A stretch of 63,806 nt of DNA, counting the filler, from Octopus bimaculoides (taxonomy: Eukaryota), in the NCBI RefSeq assembly GCF_001194135.2. It is 5 parts of 5 records of this genome, joined end to end, with 100 filler letters (N's around TTAATTAATTAA, not from the genome) between each part and the next. Parts side by side here need not be neighbours in the genome. Positions count along the whole stretch, not along the records: positions 49,150 to 55,410 come from NC_068989.1; positions 55,511 to 61,588 come from NC_068982.1; positions 61,689 to 63,806 come from NC_068986.1; 2 more parts are not named here. One strand, given 5' to 3'. The position numbers and the translations under genes are program-made. The notes beneath the pieces are model-generated. The model had not been told where the DNA came from. It worked only from the letters and a program-made list of their open reading frames with translations, and made no database searches. Shown one piece after another: positions 52,733-63,806 of this stretch (position 1 is its first letter; each line of letters starts with the position of its first letter).

Positions 52733-53197
52733 TGCAGGAGTGGCTGTGTGGTAAGAAGTTTACATCCCAACCACACTCTTCCGGGTTCAGTCCCACTGTT
52801 TGAATTCCTTGGGTAAGTGTCTTCTATTATACCTTGATCCCATCAAAACCTTGTGAGTGGATTTGGTAGACAGAAACTGAAAGAAACTCCTCGTGCATGC
52901 ATGCATGCATACATACATACATACATACATACAGATATCTGTCTGTCTGTCTGTCTGTCTGTCTGTACGTATGTGTGTGTGTGTATGTTTCTTTGTGTCT
53001 GTGTCTGTCCACCATTATCGCTTGATAACTGGGGTTGATGTGTTTACGCGCCCGTAACATAGCGGTCGGCAAAAGAGACCGATAGAATAAGTACCAGATT
53101 GAAAACAATAATAAGTACTGGGGTCGATTCGTTAGACTAAAATTTTTCAGGGCGGTGCTCCAGCTTGGCCGCAGCCTAATGACTGAAACAAGTGAAA
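52733..53197 (+). mobile_element. SINE family B with expanded internal microsatellites
   Basis: GGTGCAGGAGTGGCTGTGTGGTAAG head; (ATGC)/(ATAC)/(CTGT)/(GT) runs at 52894-52990; standard tail. Confidence 0.9.
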
Positions 53198-54316
53198 GGT
53201 AACAGATTCAAGTTTTCTACAAATGCCGATAAAAGTTGTAGACAGTGAGGTTACTCTGTTTATTAACGACTAAAAAAACGCTAACGAAGGAAATATTGAA
53301 TAATATAACATAATCTGTGTCAGATGTTATCGCCGTTCTTCGGTATGACATAAGTTTATTTATAAAAACACTATTGTAATAAAGGATGTATACGACATCC
53401 TTTATAACTGTACTATAATTTATAAAGGATGTAAAAAATATACACACGAGAGGAAATTCATTAAATATGTAAATAAAATACGTGATTAAATGACATAGAT
53501 TATAAGATTGATACGGAATCGCGGAAACAGGTGCTGTATTTGTATTTGTATTGCTCAGTTTCTATCGCAAATTCAGCTTTTGTTAAAATGGACGAAAGTT
53601 AACGTTGATAATCCTTCTTTTATTTTGGTTACGTTTTACTGTGTCTTGGTTCATTCTATCCTGTCTAATGATCCAAAAATCTGACCACCGGATTCACATT
53701 TTTTTATTTACATGGAAGGAAATTGTCTATTAGTCACAAGTTGATCCAACCACAATAGACAACTGAAAAAGCCTGAAAAAAACTGAAAGGCTAAGGCGAC
53801 CTCGGTGGAATTCGAACTCAGAATGCAAAATTTGGAACCCGCTTCCGGGCAAATGCTCAAGTTGTAGTGTGTGTGTGNNNNNNNNNNNNNNNNNNNNNNN
53901 NNNNNNNNNNNNNNNNNNNNNNNNNNNNNNNNNNNNNNNNNNNNNNNNNNNNNNNNNNNNNNNNNNNNNNNNNNNNNNNNNNNNNNNNNNNNNNNNNNNN
54001 NNNNNNNNNNNNNNNNNNNNNNNNNNNNNNNNNNNNNNNNNNNNNNNNNNNNNNNNNNNNNNNNNNNNNNNNNNNNNNNNNNNNNNNNNNNNNNNNNNNN
54101 NNNNNNNNNNNNNNNNNNNNNNNNNNNNNNNNNNNNNNNNNNNNNNNNNNNNNNNNNNNNNNNNNNNNNNNNNNNNNNNNNNNNNNNNNNNNNNNNNNNN
54201 NNNNNNNNNCAAATATCATGAAGCATTTTCTTTGTCATTCTATCGATATACTGCTTGTTTATTATTATTATTATTGTTGTTGTTGTTGTTGTTGTTGTTG
54301 TTATTATTATTATTAT

Positions 54317-54775
54317 TGAGTGAGAGCGCAGTGCATGCCACCAAAGTGACACTGGGGTAAAATATACGAAGCCCATTATACACATCTTGACTACCCGTCT
54401 GATAAGGGTACACCAGGCACATGCATCACAACCATATGTGCGCAACATGGTGATCTCATATCAAGATAAACAATGCATGACCTTGCAGGAGAAGCCCAGT
54501 TAGAATTTTCTGCAGCGTGAGTAGTCAATCCCCTTCAAAAGATCTCTGAATAAGGTTTGTTCAAGGATGATGACCGAAACACCCATGTTTCCAGAGGTGA
54601 ATTATTCAAACAACGAAGAATTCATCTCAACACATGGCTATGATGCTCCCCCACTACTTCTGCTCATGATCAGAGATGCACATATCTTCAGCCACCAAGG
54701 GACATGCTCAACTGGTTAAGGTCAAACAACTAACAAGTAAATCTGTAGTATTGAGCAGAATATCTGCTGTAGCTC
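54317..54775 (+). mobile_element. (TTA)n-flanked interspersed repeat, longest plus-strand copy
   Basis: Starts after (TTA)n at 54300 and ends in TATTATTGTTG runs; homologous to the 28.3 and 45.7 kb copies. Confidence 0.85.
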
Positions 54776-54810
54776 ACTATTATTGTTGTTGTTGTTGCTG
54801 CTGCTGCTGC

Positions 54811-54844
<34 letters not shown>

Positions 54845-55410
54845 GATGGTGTTTTGGACCAGATCTAAATAAACATCCTGAATGATGTTCAATTTCTTTA
54901 CAAACTAAATCGTCCTTGCACGTTGTAAATATAATGGTTAGTAATTGCTAAAAAGACACCAACGCCTACATACTTGAACTGTTTTTCCACAGCGAAACTG
55001 AGATGTCTTTAGACAATCAGCCAGGCAGTCAGGCAGCCAGGCAGACAAACATGTGGGCGTGCAGTAAGGGAGGAAGATATATTTCATAAAAATATGGGTA
55101 AATAGGTAGGTGAATACATAGAGCTGTAAAAATCATTTTCTATTTCGATATTTATATTTTCTCGCTTTTGAGAATGTGCATTATGAATACAGAAGTAATG
55201 AGAAAAGAGGCATATATCTATATATATCTATATATATAGATATGTATTAAAATATATACATATTTATGTATATATATGTATGTGTGTGTATCTATTTATA
55301 TATACATAAGTATGCGTGTATATGTATATATATATGTGCATATCTATGTATATGTATATACGTATATATATATATATATATATATCTATATATCTATATA
55401 TATATATATA

Positions 55411-55510
55411 NNNNNNNNNNNNNNNNNNNNNNNNNNNNNNNNNNNNNNNNNNNNTTAATTAATTAANNNNNNNNNNNNNNNNNNNNNNNNNNNNNNNNNN
55501 NNNNNNNNNN
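55411..55510. other. Synthetic linker N44-TTAATTAATTAA-N44
   Basis: 12-mer at 55455-55466. Confidence 0.95.
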
Positions 55511-55592
55511 ATAAGAGTATCACAGCAAACCACAGCACATACCCAAGGCACACATAACTGCGTTCGGTATTATAAAAATAAAACTACTGAAC

Positions 55593-55672
<80 letters not shown>

Positions 55673-57552
55673 TAATAATATAGACATGTATATGTATGTG
55701 TGTGCACCCGCGCAAATAAGTAAATAGGTATCTAGTTATGTATAAACTATCAGTTTATTTTATGTAATAAGTTTTAGGAAGCAAACTAAAATGAGGACAT
55801 GGTATATGCTCATGATGAATATATAAATTGCAGCATGGTTGTGCTAACCAATATGAGAGCTCAGGAGACAAATCAAGATACTGAAGAAAAATAATTTTTT
55901 AATGAAGACTATTTGAATGCCCTTGTCAGATACATAATGTCTGTAACAAGAAAACAGTATCTTTAACCTCAAGACCGAAGGAAGATAATTTAGATGTAAA
56001 TCAATTTCAGAAGCGAATGTTTATTTGGTAAAAGGATTTCTTCTTATTTAGTATAGTTATTGTATCAACAACATCCCATTAGAGATATGTAACACTTGAC
56101 AGATGCCTCTTCAATGATTTATCAGAAACATGCCTGGAGCAGTCCCACATGACAATAGAAATATATGATGTCTTGCAACCCCATTGACTTATTGGTTCTA
56201 GAATAAACATATGATAATATTCTACACAATCCGATACTGTTATAATATACAGGATATCTATAATGATAATAAATTGGAAATATCTCAATATACTGGAATA
56301 AACAAGATCGCCAGTAGAGTCGTAATTGTTTATTCGATGCTTTCAAGATTGCATTAAGCATAATATTTATTTCATATTCGTATTTTTATTCATAATATAA
56401 ACCTGAGTTTATATTGATGATATATAACTGAATTTGAAATTAATCACAACCAGTTAAATGTTTTCGTTTGTCTTCGTCTCAAACAATAAACAGTTATTTG
56501 TAAAATTAATGAATAAATCTTGAAATTCAAAAACTAGGCACACTAGGGTAAGAAATAAGAACAGATTTGGAATTTCAATGCAAATCGGATGAAAACAACA
56601 AAATAATTGTTTGCTCACCGATAATATTGATCGGCACGAATTTTGTTCAGAAGTCCATGAAATTTAGTACATATCATAGGTTTATTTGTAGAAGACTATT
56701 TGTTTGTACTACAAACTTGTCTGCTTCAATTATAGTATTCCTAGAATCATCGAAAACTAGATAGCATGATGTATGTTTTACTGTCCTGAAAGTATAAAAT
56801 CAAGACGCCATTTTCAAGCAAAATGCTAATAATTATCTTACGCGGAAATATAAAAAGTGTTATGGTCTACATAGTCATAAATAATCAATGCCGAAATGAA
56901 CATTTCCTAAGTACTCCTAACCTACGTATATAAACTGATACTATAAACAATTGCCTGAGAGGGAAAAAAAGATTCTGGTATAAAATATATAAAAGAGAAA
57001 TTGATTGACAAAATAATGTGGAGTTACTATTGTAGTTTGAGCATACACCGTTCTGAGAGCATAATTTATCTACTGTTGCATATCATTTTAATGTTTTGCG
57101 GATTTAGTTGCGTATTTCAAATAAAATAAAATAGGTTTTATGGTTAGATATAAAACTCTAAGCTGTCATTAATATATTATTTATTTCGCCGTTGGTTGTG
57201 ATACGATAAAAACTATTAGACCGTATTGAGGATTTGCTTTATCATAATTAACAGATTACTCTAATCCTCTTATATCAAGAATAAAAAAAAGGAAGCATCT
57301 ATCAAGTGAAAATTTTTGTATTCGTTTTCTGTCTTTTAAATCTATACACAAATTAAAAATCTTATGCACAAAAATGATAGTAAAGAGTTTTTTTTTATGT
57401 TCGCAGGAAGTTTAAACTAAAGAAATTACTTTAAATACACGTATATAGGCATACAACCACAGTTATATATGCATTCATACGTATATGTATGTGTGTCTAT
57501 ATACATGCACAGACGTACACATATACAGGAATATACATATAAATAATTACTC

Positions 57553-57620
<68 letters not shown>

Positions 57621-58796
57621 GCAGACAGACAGGTACACAGACAGATAAGATAGACAGACAGAAATACGGAGAGAGAGATACACATACATATGTACACGCA
57701 CACGCACACACGCTCGTACGCACACAAACACACACATATTCGCTTAATTATACGTGTGTATGTAGTTGTTTTTTTATTGGTTCCGTCTTCCGTTATTTTG
57801 GGTGAGAATAATGTTATGGTCTTAAACATTAGCAAAACCTACGCGTATGTCTTGTATGTAGGTTACCCATCTACGCATCTAAATATCTCTCACCTCTAAC
57901 CCTTTACTCTCTTTACTTCTCGATGAGTAACTCAATGTCAGATCGCTCAGTCATCTCGTGTTAACGAAGCACTTCAATCGTTGGTGTACCCTATATTTGA
58001 GATGTCTTCCCCCTCTCTGTTTTCTTCAAGCTAATTACTTACATATATTAAACTGCATTGATTTTCATTTTAGTGCTAGATATAACTAAATCATTGTAGA
58101 ATGTGAAATCATGATGTAAGTTTTACCTAAAAATATCCTACATGCCTACTATGTATATAAACTAGAAATAGATGCATAAGAAACAAAATTAAATAACTAT
58201 TTCAATATTAGTCACAGGATTCCGAGAAAAATGGTTCTCTGCAACTTCTTGCTGAAAAACCTGCAGTAAATACTGTTGATTTTTTTCTGCTGTTCTAACG
58301 CTGCTGTTATTGTAGAGCATTTATTATACATTAAATCTGATTTGTTAATAACCATCATCCTAAAATTATCATGCGACATTATCAAGTATAATAAATTAAA
58401 CATTACTACCTATGTTCCTTCAGGGACAATATCGAAAATGTTTGATTACTGCTATCTGAAATGTTTGTAAGATAGGGACGTTATGCGACCTTAACTTGCC
58501 CAAAGCATAACAAACATCTTGTGCAAATTTATGCAATCAATATATCCATGTGCAGTGAAGAGCTTGGAGGCAGATTTCTCTTAAAATAGCATATAAATAG
58601 TGATGACAGTGTATTGTTATTCCTATCATATTTCATTTCTAGAATTTTAACGAGTATAAACGTTATGAAATAGAGACTTTTTTCTCTTTTCTTAATAAAA
58701 TCAATAATATACAAACAGTTATAACCCTTAATATTCAAGTAATTTTTATCTAATGCAGAAAATTTGAACACAGAATTAATCGTGTGCGAAGACAGG

Positions 58797-58835
58797 TGAC
58801 GTCAAGAAACGCCGTATGACGTCAAGCCATATAAC
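58797..58835 (+). promoter_or_regulatory. Tandem full CRE sites (TGACGTCA x2, 20 bp apart) next to a TATAA
   Basis: TGACGTCA at 58797-58804 and 58817-58824, then AGCCATATAAC. Confidence 0.4.
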
Positions 58836-60464
58836 AGTTGTAGCTATTACGAAAATAGATTTGAAACGAATATCCAACTAAGACTGTGGTCGATTGTGTA
58901 TGAGAGAGAAAAGCAAAGTTTTCCAAATCAAAAGTACTGCGTTCGTTTTGTATCTTTTTTTCTTTCTTTCGCGTGTAATTTATCTCTCGTGGTGTAATTT
59001 AGATGTTTAAAAATGCCATTAATTTTGAGAGATGGCAAATCAATCGTATAAATTTGAATAATTAAAAATGCACTTAACTAGTATTATGTTAGTTACGTTA
59101 AAAGGGTTAGGAAACCTCAGAATAATAGCAGAAATCAATATGGAATATCAACGATTTCCATTTGGAATAGGCTTTGTAAAATTGTTCCAAAATTCTTTCC
59201 ATTTGACTTTTCATAGAAACTAGCCAATAGTATTGTGGAAACTCTGGCAAGTATAAAGAAATAAATTAATTTTCTGCAGGATGGGGAGAGTTAATAATAA
59301 ATCATTATAATTTGCCTCAGTCTTTCATCATATTATATAAACACAGCCAGTTTAAGCTTCCATAATTTCGTGAAACATAAAAGCCCTAAAAGTATTTGCA
59401 CAAGTATCAAGTAAAAATTTGAAGACACTCAATAAGATAATTATGAATATGAACTGTATATAAAAGGAAGTTATTTATTCAACTATTATTATAAAAGCAA
59501 TAAGTTAAAAATTGTATGAACATGAATTCAAATATTAAATAGAAACTTATCTCAGAATATATAATGAAGCAAATATTTCTTAATATCTATTTTAAACAGT
59601 ACTCTAGCGTCTTGCAACAGAATTGTAGACGCAGACAGAATCTTTCTATCTACTTCTACAATGTCATATTTTCGGTTTTATTTATTGTTTTTTTTTGGGG
59701 GGGGGGGGTTAATAAATAGTGGAAACTCCATCCCAGCTGTAAGTTTGATAGTGAGAAAGCAAGTATGCAAACATAAAATTCAAACGATATCTTTACTTGT
59801 TATGATTCCATCATTAAGCGTTCCTTAACGACAAATAAGCTTAGCAAAATCAGCGGAATGTTGTCGGTTAGTTACTTGTGTTCCACAGTTTTATTTATAT
59901 ATTTATATTAATCATTTGTTAACGATCAAAAGTTACATGAGCTGTGCCTTCATCATATTCTTACACGTTTGTCTTCAATAACCTGTTTTTAAACTTTAAT
60001 GTTTAATTCATATTACAAAGAACATATATACAAAATATATTACATGTATCTAGGCTCCATCCTTTAAAACTGACTGGAGATATTTCTTTTAATCTCATAA
60101 AAGCAATACAAAACTTTCTTCAAGGTTTTTTGGGTTTTTTTCTTTTCTTTTTTGGCACAGTAGTTTTGAGATTTTTTCCAAACAGCAATGTGCGGTAATG
60201 GGAATCGATTTTTATTAGATTTTATAGGATTTTACCTGTTTCAGTAATTTTGCTGTGACCATGCTGGGGAATGACCTTCAACAATTTTAATCAAACGAAT
60301 CGATTCAAGTACTTATTTTTATTCCCGGTACATATTCTCTGGGCGTCTTTTGACGAACTGCTAATTTATAGGGCATCAGCAAACCAACACCGGTCCTCAA
60401 GCGTTGGTGTGTGACAAACACGACACAAAGACACACACACAAACATAGATAGATAGAGATAGAT

Positions 60465-60528
<64 letters not shown>

Positions 60529-60539
60529 TTGAATGACTA

Positions 60540-60692
60540 GCATTTTTCAGTTTCCGTTTCTCAAATCCAAACACAGGTCTCTGGTCGACCCGATTCTATG
60601 ATAGGACGCACTAGCAAATGTGTCACGCAGTGGGACTGGACCCAGAACTATGTGGTTGAGTAATAAACTCCTTACCGTACAGCAATGCCTGC
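60540..60692 (-). mobile_element. SINE family B 5' half
   Basis: CAGTTTCCGTT...AAATCC...CACGCAGTGGGACTGGACCCAGAACTATGTGGTTG...CTCCTTACC...CCTGCGC. Confidence 0.7.
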
Positions 60693-61554
60693 GCATATGT
60701 AATAATTTTAAAATGATACTTTAGTAAATGACTTATCTCACATAAATTGTACAGGAAAATAAAATAAGAAACGACTATTACTATAACTATTTGAAAGGTA
60801 TCATGATGTTGTATCCACAGTAAGAAACGTAGCAAGAGAGAATATGATTTCAGGTAAAAAGAAAAAAAGAACAAATAATAATCAAGTTGCATTCACACTT
60901 TACGTCAGTTGGCTAACTGTGCAAACGAAGTTTATGAAGATATATGTAATCAAACAACAAACTTACAAAATGTGCTATACTATACGTTTAATAAGAATTA
61001 TAAATTATTTAGTGAGATTTTAAATTAACTAACAATATTTACTGCATTTTAACCGCATAGTCTACAACGAACGGTATGTAAGTAGTTTTCAAAAAGTAAG
61101 GTGATGTCGATGGCATTCGTCCACGAGCACCAAATAAATTCCTGATATTAAGAGAGAAGAGAGAAAACGTCGATACGGGAGGATCAACACGTATACCTAA
61201 AACGAAAACAAATTGGGTTAATCATGAAAAACTCTATGATTGTAGTATTGAATGTATTGTAATGATTTCCTATAATACTATACGAAAGAAAATTTAATTA
61301 AAGAGCAGAGTCGATTAATTCGACACCAGTACCATTTTCTTGCCAAATATATCAACACACGCGATATGAAACGCACATTGCAAGTGATTTTATGTAGAAA
61401 TGCAATTGTTCTTCACTATAATTATTTTAAATAATAATTTTTGAAATAAAAATATAAAGATTTGTGGCGCTGTTACGAAGTTACATTTTGCTGAGCATAG
61501 GTAAGACAGTTTTAAGCTAACTGTTTATGGACGTCGACGAAACAAAAGATTGGC

Positions 61555-61588
<34 letters not shown>

Positions 61589-61688
61589 NNNNNNNNNNNN
61601 NNNNNNNNNNNNNNNNNNNNNNNNNNNNNNNNTTAATTAATTAANNNNNNNNNNNNNNNNNNNNNNNNNNNNNNNNNNNNNNNNNNNN
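61589..61688. other. Synthetic linker N44-TTAATTAATTAA-N44
   Basis: 12-mer at 61633-61644. Confidence 0.95.
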
Positions 61689-61770
61689 GAAGTGTATTCT
61701 ACCGTAGCCGCGAGCCGACCAAAGATTTGTGAGTGGATTTGGCAGATAGAAACTGAGTGAATCCCGTTCG

Positions 61771-61842
<72 letters not shown>

Positions 61843-62100
61843 TGTGTGTCTGTGTGTGCACATGTGTGTGTGTATATGTGCGTGTGTGCGTGTGTGCGTG
61901 TGTTTATGTCTTTGTCACTACCACCGCTTGACGAACAATGTTGGTGTATTTATATCTCCGTAACATAGCGGCTCGGCAAACAAAACCGATGAGATAAGTA
62001 CCAGGCTCAAAACAATAAAATGTATTAGTGTCGGTGCGATCGACTAAAATTCTTCAAGGAAATGCCCCAGCATGGCCGTAGGCTAATGACTGAAATATGT
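61689..62100 (+). mobile_element. SINE family B (5' end lost in linker)
   Basis: GAGTGGATTTGGCAGATAGAAACTGA-(TA)n(TG)n-CCACCGCTTGACGAAC...CCAGCATGGCCGTAGGCTAATGACTGAAA. Confidence 0.85.
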
Positions 62101-62104
62101 AAAG

Positions 62105-62960
62105 GAAATAGGCGCAGGAGTGGCTGTGTGGTAAGTAGCTTGCTTAGCAACCACATGGATACGTTCGTGCTGCTGGCCGAGGTGAGAGGGATAACTCCCT
62201 TGGCAAACAGGACACAGTCGTGTGTCGATAAGCCAGCTGGAGGAGATGTCCTCCTGGGGCTAAAAGCAACAGTAACATCCACCCCTAGGGGTCAGCCACA
62301 CTTAAGTGGCAATATACTACACTTTATATATATATATATATATATATATGTTTGNNNNNNNNNNNNNNNNNNNNNNNNNNNNNNNNNNNNNNNNNNNNNN
62401 NNNNNNNNNNNNNNNNNNNNNNNNNNNNNNNNNNNNNNNNNNNNNNNNNNNNNNNNNNNNNNNNNNNNNNNNNNNNNNNNNNNNNNNNNNNNNNNNNNNN
62501 NNNNNNNNNNNNNNNNNNNNNNNNNNNNNNNNNNNNNNNNNNNNNNNNNNNNNNNNNNNNNNNNNNNNNNNNNNNNNNNNNNNNNNNNNNNNNNNNNNNN
62601 NNNNNNNNNNNNNNNNNNNNNNNNNNNNNNNNNNNNNNNNNNNNNNNNNNNNNNNNNNNNNNNNNNNNNNNNNNNNNNNNNNNNNNNNNNNNNNNNNNNN
62701 NNNNNNNNNNGAAATAGGCGCAGGAGTGGCTGTGTGGTAAGTAGCTTGCTTAGCAACCACATGGATACGTTCGTGCTGCTGGCCGAGGTGAGAGGGATAA
62801 CTCCCTTGGCAAACAGGACACAGTCGTGTGTCGATAAGCCAGCTGGAGGAGATGTCCTCCTGGGGCTAAAAGCAACAGTAACATCCACCCCTAGGGGTCA
62901 GCCACACTTAAGTGGCAATATACTACACTTTATATATATATATATATATATATATGTTTG
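62105..62960 (+). repeat. Identical 250-bp direct duplicate on both sides of a gap (62105-62354 and 62711-62960)
   Basis: Sequence and (TA)n length are identical in both copies as far as I can read. Confidence 0.9.
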
Positions 62961-63135
62961 TGTGTGTGTGTTTGTACTCCCAACATCGCTTGGCAACCGA
63001 TAACTTAGCGGTTCGGCAAAAGTGTCCAATAGAATAAACACTAGGCTGACAAAGAAAAAGTCCTGAGGTCGATTTGCTCGACTAAAGGTGGTGCACCAGC
63101 ATGGCCGCAGTCAAATGACTGAAACAAGTAAAAGA
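62711..63135 (+). mobile_element. SINE family B whose core is replaced by a foreign ~165-bp structured insert
   Basis: Head GGCGCAGGAGTGGCTGTGTGGTAAGTAGCTTGCTTAGCAACCACATGG, then the insert, then (TA)n(TG)n and the normal tail to GAAACAAGTAAAAGAG. Confidence 0.8.
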
Positions 63136-63756
63136 GTAAAATTATGTATATTGAGAGAAAAAGGTGAACCGAAACAGATAGGAAAAGAAAGAGAGAAAGA
63201 GAAAAACATTGTTATAAAGTGAAGGGTGAGGAAGTGGAGGAATATAAAGAGGAGAAGCAGAAAAGAAAGAGGGGTAATGAGTGAGAGGCGTACGTATTGA
63301 GTGAAACAGAGATTAGGCCAGAGAAAGGCTGGGAGACAGGGATAAATACATACAAACATTAGAGAGAGATAGAGAGAAACAGAGATAGAGAGAAACAGAG
63401 ATAGAGAGTGATAACGGGAGAGAAGGAGAGACAGAGACAGACAGAGAGTGGGAAAGAGATAATGAGAGAGAGAGTGACGGAGAGAGGAATGCGTGTAAGA
63501 GGGAGGTGGCTAAATGTCTTACATTTGCAGATGACGAAAATTTTCTGATATAATTTGAGTCGGATTAGTTGGACAACTTATTAATGAGCTGTGTGTGTGT
63601 GTGTGTGTGTGCGCGCGTATGTGTGTGTGTCTGTGCGCGTGTGTGTGTGAGCGTTGTTTGTTTCTTTTTAAATAACGATTGACGATTCCATAATGATGTT
63701 TGCATACACTATGTAATCATGTAATTATATATACACACGTGTTTGTATATTCTAAC

Positions 63757-63806
<50 letters not shown>

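Noticed and set aside
61090-61143. Minus-strand peptide IYLVLVDECHR after a good acceptor, resembling a DExH Walker B motif
   Set aside because: A stop follows within 6 codons, there is no GT donor before it, and no other helicase motifs are nearby; likely chance.

Overview
This is repeat-rich, AT-rich animal DNA from a gapped short-read assembly. The SINE families and microsatellite load look like an octopus genome; that is inference from recalled repeat motifs, not a database result. Most of the window is non-coding: microsatellites, three tRNA-derived SINE families, a ~500-bp (TTA)n-flanked interspersed repeat, dead DNA transposons (pogo DDE_1 remnant, an internally deleted Tc1/mariner-type transposase, a mariner MITE, a hAT-type MITE with 8-bp TSD, a Tigger-like end), two RTE-LINE 3' fragments and several minisatellites. 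Nearly all ORFs in the supplied track are artefacts of microsatellites or N runs. I see no rRNA, intact tRNA or CRISPR array and can name no host gene. There are two unnamed gene candidates. The first is a minus-strand gene running off the left edge: CCAAT/CCAAT/TATA promoter near 10.8 kb, ATG exon at 6793-6657, and a low-complexity coding exon at 3002-2754 that starts in a gap. The second is a plus-strand two-exon 93-aa ORF at 38560-39772 beside a palindromic CRE. Four N44-TTAATTAATTAA-N44 blocks are synthetic assembly linkers. I found no convincing new biological system; the best leads are the two gene candidates, the microsatellite-embedded element and a hairpin-dense insert in a SINE at ~62.2 kb.
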